Positions 10,910 to 19,373 of a stretch of DNA of 64,000 nt are shown here, one piece after another. The notes below the pieces were generated by a model that was given only the letters and a program-made list of their open reading frames with translations, made no database searches and had not been told where the DNA came from. This stretch comes from an uncultured Chloroflexia bacterium (lineage in GTDB: Bacteria; Chloroflexota; Chloroflexia; QHBQ01; JADMIH01). A program made the position numbers and the translations under genes. The DNA lies in NCBI GenBank assembly GCA_963797095.1, contig CAWCNY010000006.1, positions 384,001 through 448,000 of the forward strand, given 5' to 3'. Position 1 is the first letter of the stretch; each line of letters opens with the position of its first letter.

Positions 10910-12571
10910 ATGCCCAAACCTGTAATCCTAACCGTAGACGACGAGCCCGTTGTGCTGGGCGCGATCGAGCGCGACCTGCGCCGCAAGTACGGCAAAGACT
11001 ACCAGGTTATCAGAGCCGACTCCGGCGCTGCCGCTCTCGACGCCCTCCAGCAGCTTAAGCTGCGCAACCAGCCTGTGGCCCTCTTCCTCGTAGACCAGCG
11101 CATGCCCGTCATGTCGGGCGTCGAGTTCTTGCAGGAGGCCACTCCCCTCTTCCCCGACGCCAAGCGCGCCCTCCTCACCGCCTACGCCGACACCGAGGCC
11201 GCCATCAAGGCTATCAACGAGGTCAGGCTCGACTACTACCTCATGAAGCCCTGGGACCCCCCCGACCAGAACCTCTACCCCGTGCTCGATGATCTGCTCG
11301 ACGACTGGCAGGCCCAGTTCCGACCCACCTTCGAGGGCATCCGCGTCCTCGGCCATCGCTGGTCCCCACTCTCCCACCAGATCAAAGATTTCCTGGCTCG
11401 CAACCAGATCCCGTACCATTGGGTAGACGTGGAGCTCGACCCCGAAGCCCCTACCCTCCTCGAGTCCTTGGGTGCAGATGCCACCAAGCTTCCCATTGTG
11501 CTCTTCCCCGACGGCTCTCACCTCACCCAGCCCACCAACTCCCAGGTTGCCGAAAAGGCCGGGCGCAGGCTCACGGCCAGCATGCCCTTCTACGACGTAA
11601 TAATCGTAGGTGGCGGCCCCGCCGGTCTTGCCGCCGCCGTATACGGCGCTTCCGAGGGCCTCCGCACCCTCATGATCGAGCGCGAAGCCCCCGGTGGTCA
11701 GGCGGGCACAAGCTCTCGCATCGAAAACTACCTCGGCTTTCCATCGGGCCTCACCGGTTGGGACCTCGCCCGCAGGGCCGTAACCCAGGCCACCCGCTTC
11801 GGTGCCGAATTGCTCACTCCCCAGGAGGTATACGAGTTTCGTGTGGAAGACCCCTACCGCATCGTTCGCCTGATCGACGGCACCGAGATCAGCTGCCATG
11901 CCCTCATGATCGCCACCGGCGTCAGCTACCGCAAGCTCGACCTCCCGGGCATCGAGCCCCTCACAGGGGCCGGCATATATTATGGCGCGGCCCAATCCGA
12001 AGCCATGTCCTACAAAGGCGAGGATGTCTTCATAGTGGGTGGCGCGAACTCTGCCGGCCAGGCTGCCATGTACTTCTCTCGCTACGCCACTACCGTCACT
12101 ATGCTCGTGCGCGGCGACTCGCTTGCCAAGGGCATGTCCCGATATCTGGTCGACCAGATCTCCCAAACTCCCAATATCCACGTCCTCCTCAACTCCAGCG
12201 TATCAGCTGTGCAGGGCACCGATCGCCTCGAGTCCATCACCATAGCCAACGCCGCCACCGGCGAGGAGCAAAGCGTGCCTGCGACCGCCGTCTTCATCTT
12301 CATTGGCGCGCAGCCTCGCACTGAGTGGGTAGGTGGAGTGCTCGAACGCGACGCCATGGGCTTCATCATCACAGGCCCCGACCTCCTCAAAGACAACCGG
12401 CTCCCCAAAGGCTGGCACCTCAAGCGCCAACCCTTCTGGCTCGAAGCCAGCGTCCCAGGCGTCTTCGTAGCCGGCGATGTGCGCCACCGCTCAGTAAAGC
12501 GTATGGCCACTGCCGTAGGCGAAGGCTCAATGGCCGTCCAGTTCATCCACCAGTATCTATCGACTTTGTAG
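10910..12571 (+). CDS. response-regulator receiver fused to glutaredoxin-like segment and thioredoxin-reductase-like FAD oxidoreductase lacking CxxC
   Basis: VDDE..DQRMP..LLT..KPW receiver; GGGPAG, IENYLGFP, GGANSA, FVAGD; IYYGAAQSEA in place of VSYCATCDG. Confidence 0.9.
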   Translation: MPKPVILTVDDEPVVLGAIERDLRRKYGKDYQVIRADSGAAALDALQQLKLRNQPVALFLVDQRMPVMSGVEFLQEATPLFPDAKRALLTAYADTEAAIKAINEVRLDYYLMKPWDPPDQNLYPVLDDLLDDWQAQFRPTFEGIRVLGHRWSPLSHQIKDFLARNQIPYHWVDVELDPEAPTLLESLGADATKLPIVLFPDGSHLTQPTNSQVAEKAGRRLTASMPFYDVIIVGGGPAGLAAAVYGASEGLRTLMIEREAPGGQAGTSSRIENYLGFPSGLTGWDLARRAVTQATRFGAELLTPQEVYEFRVEDPYRIVRLIDGTEISCHALMIATGVSYRKLDLPGIEPLTGAGIYYGAAQSEAMSYKGEDVFIVGGANSAGQAAMYFSRYATTVTMLVRGDSLAKGMSRYLVDQISQTPNIHVLLNSSVSAVQGTDRLESITIANAATGEEQSVPATAVFIFIGAQPRTEWVGGVLERDAMGFIITGPDLLKDNRLPKGWHLKRQPFWLEASVPGVFVAGDVRHRSVKRMATAVGEGSMAVQFIHQYLSTL

Positions 12572-12626
12572 CCGGTAATCGGAATCAGCAACGACTTTTG
12601 TGTAGCACTACTGACCCTCCAAATCC

Positions 12627-14324
12627 ATGACCCAAGCCTGCTCCCATCTGGACCAGATCCAAGAAGTCGCCCCTCAGTCCGAAGGCTGTGAGGAATGCCT
12701 CGCCCTGGGCGATCCCTGGGTCCATCTCCGCATCTGCAAGACCTGCGGTCATGTCGGCTGCTGCGACGAATCGAAGAACCGCCACGCCACCAAACATTTC
12801 CACGCGACCCATCACCCCGTCATCCAATCGTTCGAGCCGGGCGAGGACTGGATGTGGTGCTACGAGGACGAAGCCCTCATCTACCCCTCCGACGACCAGG
12901 GCCACGGCACCAAGCTTGCCATTACCAAAGAGTTCCTGCGCCGCCTCCCCATCTTCGGCAATCTTGCCGACGAGCACCTCAATAAGCTATGCGAGATAGC
13001 CGAGCCTACCACCGTCAAGGCGGGCCAGCTTCTCATGGAAGAAGGTAGCCCAGGCGATGCACTTTACATAATAGTTGACGGTGAGTTCGAGGTCACCAAG
13101 CGCGCCGGCAAAGAGACCCTCCTTCTGGGTACCCGCGGTTCAGGTGAGATGCTCGGCGAGATGTCACTCCTCGAACAGGTGCCTCGCACCGCCACGGTGC
13201 ATGCCCTGCGCGACAGCCGCGTGCTCGTCATCAGCCGCGAGGCCTTCTACAACCTCCTCACCGGCAACCCCTCCGCCGTCTTCGGCATCCTCCGCACCTT
13301 CATCGAGCGCCAGCGCAGCACCGAGACTCTCATGGTCGCGCACGACAAACTCGCCTCCCTTGGTGCCATCGCCGCCGGTCTCGCTCACGAACTGAACAAC
13401 CCCGCCGCTGCCGTTCGCCGCAGCGCCGACCAGCTACGCGAAGTCCTCGGCACCTGGCAGCGCGTCTCCATCGACTTCGACCGCCTGACTTTCACCGGCG
13501 AGCAGGTCGCCAGGCTCGAAGAGCTTCGCGACGACATGGAAGCCCGTTCCACCCGCACCCTCATGCTCGATCCCCTCGCCCGTGGCGACCGCGAAACCGA
13601 GGTCCAGGACTGGCTCGATGCCCGCTCCATAGACGAATCATGGGAGATCGCCCCCGTCCTCGTCTCCTTCGGCTGGGACGCCGCCGGGCTTGAAACCTCC
13701 CTCGCCCCCTTCTCCGAAGGCCAACTTCCCGTGATCGTCTCCTGGCTCTCCTCAGGCTCCTCCGCCTACGGACTCCTCTCCGAGGTCCAGATTAGCGCCC
13801 AGCGCATTTCCGAGATCGTCAAAGCTGTCAAGACCTACTCCTATCTCGACCAGGCCCCCATCCAGCAGGTCGACATCCACGAGGGCCTGGAAAACACCCT
13901 CGTCATGTTGCGCCACAACCTCAAAACAGGTGTCATAGTCAACAAGCAGTACGACCCAAACCTCCCCAAGATCGAGGGCTACGGCAGCGAGCTAAACCAG
14001 GTCTGGACCAATATCATCGACAACGCCATCTCGGCCATGGACGGTCACGGCGAGCTTACCATCAAAACGTACACCCAGGGCACCAACGTAATAATCGAGA
14101 TAGCCGATAATGGCCCCGGCATCCCTCCCGATGTCCAGAAGCGTATCTTCGAGCCTTTCTATACCACCAAAGGCCCAGGCGTGGGCAGCGGCCTCGGCCT
14201 CCATATCGTCTACAACATCATCGTCGACAAGCACCACGGCAGCGTCAAAGTCAACTCCCACCCCGGCTATACCTGCTTCCAGATCACCCTCCCCACGCAG
14301 TTAGCCCGCGATGCCCAGGGCTGA
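12627..14324 (+). CDS. zf-UBP - cNMP-binding - histidine kinase
   Basis: CSHL..CEEC..HLRICKTCGHVGCCD..HATKH; GEMSLL..PRTAT; AHELNNP, NIIDNA, DNGPG, FYTTK, GSGLGL. Confidence 0.92.
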   Translation: MTQACSHLDQIQEVAPQSEGCEECLALGDPWVHLRICKTCGHVGCCDESKNRHATKHFHATHHPVIQSFEPGEDWMWCYEDEALIYPSDDQGHGTKLAITKEFLRRLPIFGNLADEHLNKLCEIAEPTTVKAGQLLMEEGSPGDALYIIVDGEFEVTKRAGKETLLLGTRGSGEMLGEMSLLEQVPRTATVHALRDSRVLVISREAFYNLLTGNPSAVFGILRTFIERQRSTETLMVAHDKLASLGAIAAGLAHELNNPAAAVRRSADQLREVLGTWQRVSIDFDRLTFTGEQVARLEELRDDMEARSTRTLMLDPLARGDRETEVQDWLDARSIDESWEIAPVLVSFGWDAAGLETSLAPFSEGQLPVIVSWLSSGSSAYGLLSEVQISAQRISEIVKAVKTYSYLDQAPIQQVDIHEGLENTLVMLRHNLKTGVIVNKQYDPNLPKIEGYGSELNQVWTNIIDNAISAMDGHGELTIKTYTQGTNVIIEIADNGPGIPPDVQKRIFEPFYTTKGPGVGSGLGLHIVYNIIVDKHHGSVKVNSHPGYTCFQITLPTQLARDAQG

Positions 14325-14340
14325 TCCCTCTTTACCTACG

Positions 14341-14625
14341 ATGGACGACCCCATTCAAACCCTATCAGCTCTCCTTTCGCAGGCTAAAGCCGATCACATC
14401 GCCTATGAGATCGACGTGCTAAACGGCACCGACCCCGATTGGCCAGGCTGGTACGCTCGCTATCTGCTCGACCACGACGCCCAATCGCTCGATGGTTGGC
14501 CGTCGAGCGTCACCACCACCGGCGCTCTAGTGGCTTTGCTTGACCAAGCTGCTCAGCATCACCGATCCCACGCCACTCACGAACAGTGGCCCGACTACTA
14601 CGCCAGGTATATCCTGTCCACTTGA
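14341..14625 (+). CDS. small hypothetical protein with duplicated H..WPx(W/Y)YARY motif
   Basis: DWPGWYARYLL and QWPDYYARYIL; sits inside the operon. Confidence 0.7.
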   Translation: MDDPIQTLSALLSQAKADHIAYEIDVLNGTDPDWPGWYARYLLDHDAQSLDGWPSSVTTTGALVALLDQAAQHHRSHATHEQWPDYYARYILST

Positions 14626-14642
14626 GAGGAGAACCCGCCCCT

Positions 14643-15038
14643 ATGTCCCCGAAGGAGATTGAGCTGATCCTGGCCCGCCAACTGGCGAGCTATCTGGCTG
14701 TGCCCGTCTTTGTCGCCGACCCACAGGGCAATCTGGTCTACTACAACGAGCAGGCCGGTATCGTGCTCGGCCACCCCTTTGAGGACTCCGAGGACCTCCC
14801 CCTCTACGACAGGCTGGGTTCCCTTGAGCCGCGCGAGGAGGCAGGCAAACCCATCCCCCCCGCAAACATGCCCCTCGCCCTTGCCGTCACCGACCGGCGT
14901 CCCGTCCATCACCGCTTCTGGATTCGCGGCCTCGACGGTGTCCCTCGCCACATCGAAGCCACCGCCTTTCCCCTCCTCGGTTTCGATAATCGCTTCGCCG
15001 GCGCGATGTCCGTCTTCTGGGAGATCGACAAAGGATGA
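14643..15038 (+). CDS. stand-alone PAS domain protein
   Basis: VFVADPQGNLVYYNEQA PAS signature; GAGGAG RBS; ATGA overlap with next gene. Confidence 0.8.
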   Translation: MSPKEIELILARQLASYLAVPVFVADPQGNLVYYNEQAGIVLGHPFEDSEDLPLYDRLGSLEPREEAGKPIPPANMPLALAVTDRRPVHHRFWIRGLDGVPRHIEATAFPLLGFDNRFAGAMSVFWEIDKG

Positions 15039-15886
15039 AGGTCACTATCTGGGGGAGCCGCGGCTCTGTCGCCTCCCCCGGCCCCGACACCATCCGTTAT
15101 GGCGGCAATACCTCCTGCGTAGAGGTGCGCGGCGACGATGGCACTCTCCTGGTGCTCGATGCCGGTACCGGTATGCGCCGCCTCGGTTCCACACTCCCCG
15201 AAGCTATCGGGCGAGTTGACATAATGCTCACCCACCTCCACATGGACCACATCCAGGGCCTCGGCTTCTTCGCCCCCCTTCGCCGCGTTGGTGCCGAGGT
15301 ACATATCTGGGGTCCCGCCGGCAGCACTCTCAGCCTTCGCTCCCGCCTGGGCCTCTACCTCTCCCCACCCCTCTTCCCCGTCCACATCCGCGAGCTACCA
15401 TGCACCCTCTATTTCCACGAGCTTCCCAATGAGCAGCCCACAATCCGGATAGGCGAGTTCGAGGTATCGTCGGCGGTAGTCTGTCACCCCGACCCCACCA
15501 TCGGCTACCGCATCACCTCTCCCTCTGGCACCCTCGCCTATCTCCCCGACCACGAACCCGCCCTCGGCCTTCGAGATTTCACCCTCCCCGGCGAGTGGGT
15601 TTCCGGCTATTCCCTCGCCCGCGAAGCCGACCTTCTGGTCCACGACGCCCAGTACACCACAGATGAGTACAACGAGCGCATCGGCTGGGGCCATAGCTCT
15701 ATCCTCCAAACCTTCCAGTTCGCCGAGCTATCCCATGTCCGCCAATTGGCCCCCTTCCACCACGATCCCACCCACGACGACGACACCCTTGACCGCCTCA
15801 TCTCAGAAGTCCAACAATCCAAACAATGGCCCTTCACCGTAGTACCCGCCGCCGAAGGCGCAACTTACACCCTCCCTAACGCATAA
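15035..15886 (+). CDS. MBL-fold metallo-hydrolase (putative phosphodiesterase)
   Basis: GSRGS, YGGNTSC, DAGTG, THLHMDH, GWGHS, FHHDP. Confidence 0.9.
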   Translation: MKVTIWGSRGSVASPGPDTIRYGGNTSCVEVRGDDGTLLVLDAGTGMRRLGSTLPEAIGRVDIMLTHLHMDHIQGLGFFAPLRRVGAEVHIWGPAGSTLSLRSRLGLYLSPPLFPVHIRELPCTLYFHELPNEQPTIRIGEFEVSSAVVCHPDPTIGYRITSPSGTLAYLPDHEPALGLRDFTLPGEWVSGYSLAREADLLVHDAQYTTDEYNERIGWGHSSILQTFQFAELSHVRQLAPFHHDPTHDDDTLDRLISEVQQSKQWPFTVVPAAEGATYTLPNA

Positions 15887-15961
15887 ACTTCGAACTCTAA
15901 ACACAAACAATCCTTCGTGCCCTTCGTCAAAGCTTTGTCCCTTCGTGTTCCAAAATCCAAA

Positions 15962-16549
15962 ATGATCCAGCCTCTACCCGTGGGTGCGCTCTGGCTCCTC
16001 GATCTTCAGCATCAAGCCCCCAACCCCGTCCTCCCCAACATCCCTGCTACCTTCCAGCAGGTCGGCTCCGAAACGGCTTCCGCTCTGGCCGAAACGATGG
16101 GCTTCGGCGACCCTGCCCCGGTCCTCGAACGCTTCTCCGGCACTCGTCGCTGCTACGTTGGCTGGGTCAATGGCGTGCTTGCCACCTATGGCTGGGTGAG
16201 CTTCAACGAAGAGTGGGTCGGTGAGCTTGAGCTTCGTGTCCGGCTCGCACCCGACGAAGCCTACATCTGGGACTGCGCTACCCTGCAATCCTACCGTGGA
16301 CAGGGCCTCTACCCCGCCCTTCTGGCCCACATCGCCGGACTGCTCCAGGCCGAAGGGCTGCATCGCATCTGGATAGGCGCTGATACAGGCAGCGTGCCCT
16401 CGCAAAAGGGCATAACCCGGGCAGGCTTCCACCCCATCGCCGACTTCTATGCAGACCCTGCCCTACCTGAGCGATACTACACCGTTGGCCGTCCCGGCGT
16501 CCCCGAAGACCTCGTTCATGCAGCCCACAACGTACTTCTCTCCGGCTAG
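15962..16549 (+). CDS. GNAT family N-acetyltransferase
   Basis: YIWDCAT..YRGQGLY and S.KGI.RAGF motifs. Confidence 0.8.
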   Translation: MIQPLPVGALWLLDLQHQAPNPVLPNIPATFQQVGSETASALAETMGFGDPAPVLERFSGTRRCYVGWVNGVLATYGWVSFNEEWVGELELRVRLAPDEAYIWDCATLQSYRGQGLYPALLAHIAGLLQAEGLHRIWIGADTGSVPSQKGITRAGFHPIADFYADPALPERYYTVGRPGVPEDLVHAAHNVLLSG

Positions 16550-16564
16550 CCCTAGCCCACATAC

Positions 16565-18079
16565 TTACTCCATGCTCTCTATCTCACCAAGTAGCGCATT
16601 AGTCTCCTTCAACGCAGGGTAGAGCGCCCTGTAGCAATCGTAAACCCGCTCGTATACCGCCTCCGCCCTATCGTCAGGCATCGTCACCTCGCCCAACTTG
16701 ACAGTCGCGGCACAGGCGGCCTCCACGTCAGGCCACGCCCCTGCCGCCACCCCCGCCAGCAAAGCCGCCCCATAGCTTCCCCCTTCGCTGGTAGCCACCG
16801 TCACCAATTCCACCCCCAGCACGTCCGATAGGATCTGCCTCCACAATCTGCTCCTTGAACCCCCACCTGCTACCCTTACCTGCCGCACCGGCTCAAGCCC
16901 TGCCTCTCCAAGCAGCCCGAAGCTATCCTTAAGCCCGAAAGCCACCCCCTCCAGCAGCGCACGTGTCACATGCGCTCGCCTGTGCCGTACCGTCAGCCCC
17001 ACCCATGCGCCCCTGGCCAGTGGGTCGGGATAGGGCGTCCTCTCTCCCGTCAAATACGGCAGGAACACCAAACCCCCGCTTCCTGTCGGCGCTTCCTCCG
17101 CCTCTGCCACCAGCGTATCGAAGCCCACCCCCGCCGCCAGCGTATCCCTGTACCATTGGAGGCTTCCCGCCGCGCTCAGCATCACCCCCATCAGGTGCCA
17201 CCGTCCCGGCAGCGCGTGGCAAAATGCGTGCAGCCTCCCCTCCGGCTCGATCAGCACCTCCGCAGTTGGCGCGAACACCACCCCCGAAGTGCCCAGCGTC
17301 ACCGACACCACTCCCGGCGCGACCGCTCCCATCCCCACCGCCCCCGCCGCCTGGTCGCCGACTCCTGCCACCACCGGCGTTCCCGCCCTCAATCCCGTCG
17401 CCGCTGCCCCCTCCGCGCTAACCTCCCCGGTCACCTGCGGCCCCTCATACGTAGGCGGCAGCCACTCCATCGGTATATCCAGCGCCTCCACCACCTCCCG
17501 CGACCAATCGCGCTTGCGCAGGTCAAACAGCAGCGTCCCCGACCCATCCGCCTTGTCCATCGCGTAGCCGCCCGTCAGCCTGTACCGCACGTAATCCTTG
17601 GGCAACAGCATATGCCGCGCCCTCGCGTAAACCTCAGGCTCGTGCTCTGCCACCCACAACAGCTTAGGCGCGGTAAACCCCGTCAGCGCCTCGTTTCCCG
17701 TGATCTCGATCAATCTCTTCCTGCCCAGCCTGCTCCGGATCTCGTCGCACTGCGCCCCCGTCCGCTGGTCATTCCACAATATCGCCGGGCGCAATACCTC
17801 CCCTTGCTCGTCCAGCAGCACCAGCCCGTGCATCTGCCCCGTCAGCCCCACCGCCACCACATCCTCGCCGCCCGCCTGCGCCTCCCCAAGCGCCGCCTTT
17901 ATACTCCGCGTGATCCCCTCCCACCAATCGTGCGGGTTCTGCTCGCTCCAAAGCGGTCGCGGGGTAGACAACATAAGCGGCGTTGAAGCCGAACCCGCCA
18001 CCTCCCCATCTCCATCAATAAGGAGCGCCTTGGCCCCTGTAGTCGAGATATCGATCCCCAAAAACAGCTGTCGTTTCAT
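16565..18079 (-). CDS. xylB: xylulokinase
   Basis: GIDISTT, TGQMHG, ILWNDQR, GFTAPK, LPYLTGERTP. Confidence 0.93.
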   Translation of the reverse strand: MKRQLFLGIDISTTGAKALLIDGDGEVAGSASTPLMLSTPRPLWSEQNPHDWWEGITRSIKAALGEAQAGGEDVVAVGLTGQMHGLVLLDEQGEVLRPAILWNDQRTGAQCDEIRSRLGRKRLIEITGNEALTGFTAPKLLWVAEHEPEVYARARHMLLPKDYVRYRLTGGYAMDKADGSGTLLFDLRKRDWSREVVEALDIPMEWLPPTYEGPQVTGEVSAEGAAATGLRAGTPVVAGVGDQAAGAVGMGAVAPGVVSVTLGTSGVVFAPTAEVLIEPEGRLHAFCHALPGRWHLMGVMLSAAGSLQWYRDTLAAGVGFDTLVAEAEEAPTGSGGLVFLPYLTGERTPYPDPLARGAWVGLTVRHRRAHVTRALLEGVAFGLKDSFGLLGEAGLEPVRQVRVAGGGSRSRLWRQILSDVLGVELVTVATSEGGSYGAALLAGVAAGAWPDVEAACAATVKLGEVTMPDDRAEAVYERVYDCYRALYPALKETNALLGEIESME

Positions 18080-18166
18080 ATCAAAAAGCCCACCTTGCCT
18101 TACGCTGAAATCACCCAGGCCTCATCAATGCACCTACCAAATCCCACCCGCAGCCCAGGCGAATGG

Positions 18167-18195
18167 ATCGTACAATACCCACCCACCCCTGTCAA
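18167..18195 (-). promoter_or_regulatory. sigma70-type promoter of xylB
   Basis: TTGACA-17 bp-TACGAT on minus strand. Confidence 0.6.
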
Positions 18196-18232
18196 TGACC
18201 TCTACAGGCGAACATTCCTGTAGAGGCTGAAG

Positions 18233-18344
18233 GGGTGCAGGGGTACTCCCCTGACAGGGGGTTTGGGGGGTGTCCCCCCAACTCTACTTCCTCTTTTAGA
18301 CTCCCCTCTCCCCGAACACGGGGAGAGGGGCCGGGGTGAGGGGT
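18233..18344 (+). repeat. Dispersed GC-rich multi-hairpin repeat, copy B
   Basis: Matches 3536-3625; ends CCCCTCTCCCCG-AACA-CGGGGAGAGGGG-CCGGGGTGAGGGG. Confidence 0.85.
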
Positions 18345-18395
18345 CCCAGTAGACATCCCACGGCGGTGCCTACGAAAATTCATACCAAAGGCCAG

Positions 18396-18425
18396 TTGAC
18401 ACGAACATATGTTCCATGCTATATT
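18396..18425 (+). promoter_or_regulatory. promoter with LexA-type box (GAACATATGTTC, 18403-18414) in the spacer
   Basis: TTGACA-18 bp-TATATT with extended TG; perfect GAAC-N4-GTTC palindrome. Confidence 0.7.
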
Positions 18426-18469
18426 CGATCCCAGACAAGCAAAAACCAGCCAACCGCAGGAGAACCCCC

Positions 18470-19285
18470 ATGACAACAGCACACCACCCCGAAACCCAGC
18501 AAGGCCATTACATCCAGGCTAACGGCCTCGATATCTACTATCGAGAGCACGGCCAGGGCCGGCCCCTTCTCCTGATCCACGGTGGCATCCTCACGGGCAA
18601 CTCCTGGCAGCCCTACCTCCCTGCTTTCGCCGAGCACTACCGCGTGATCACACCCGACACACGCGGCCATGGCCACACCAAAAATCCAACAGCCGGCCTG
18701 AGCTTTGGCTTGCTGGCCGATGACGTGGTAGCCCTCATACAGGCGCTTGATCTCAAAAAGCCGCTCATCATCGGCTACAGCGATGGCGGGCAGGTTGCCC
18801 TCGAAATCGGCATGCGCTATCCCGACCTGCCCCAGGCCATCGTCATCGGCGGAGCTTACGTCGAGCTAACCGAACCCTCTCGCCAGTGGGTGCGCTCAAT
18901 ACTCGGCGATGCCCGATCCCCCGAAGTCGATATCGACAAATTTGCGCGCGAAAATCCGCAGTTCGCGGCGGGATTGGAAGCGGATCACGGACCCGAAGCC
19001 TGGAAAACTCTATTGAAACAGATAAAGCCGATGTGGAATGCCACCCTCAACTACTCCCCCGACGATTTCGCCGGGGTAGTGGCCCCCACCCTCGTACTAC
19101 TAGGCGACCGCGACGGCTTTGTGCCCGTCGAAGAAGGCCTCAAGATGTATCATCTCCTGCCCAACGCCGAATTTGCGGTGGTACCCCATGCCGATCACCC
19201 CAGCTTGATCTTTTCGCTCGCCAGGATCGCAGTTGTCCAACCCCTCATAATAGACTTTCTGAAGCGGCATACCGCTTCGGCCTGA
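18470..19285 (+). CDS. alpha/beta fold hydrolase
   Basis: LIHGG, DTRGHG, GYSDGG nucleophile elbow, GDRD, ADH; AGGAG RBS. Confidence 0.9.
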   Translation: MTTAHHPETQQGHYIQANGLDIYYREHGQGRPLLLIHGGILTGNSWQPYLPAFAEHYRVITPDTRGHGHTKNPTAGLSFGLLADDVVALIQALDLKKPLIIGYSDGGQVALEIGMRYPDLPQAIVIGGAYVELTEPSRQWVRSILGDARSPEVDIDKFARENPQFAAGLEADHGPEAWKTLLKQIKPMWNATLNYSPDDFAGVVAPTLVLLGDRDGFVPVEEGLKMYHLLPNAEFAVVPHADHPSLIFSLARIAVVQPLIIDFLKRHTASA

Positions 19286-19373
19286 CCGACCCATGCGCTA
19301 ACGCCTGAGATGTGATAGAATCACCCGACGCGGGACCGCCGGACCGCCAACACCAATCCTCAAGGAGTTGCAA

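Noticed and set aside
10928-12181. Long antisense or alternate-frame ORFs (also 16970-17986, 40622-41686, 54901-55965, 56345-57541)
   Set aside because: Shadows of well-supported genes in GC-rich DNA, with no motifs.
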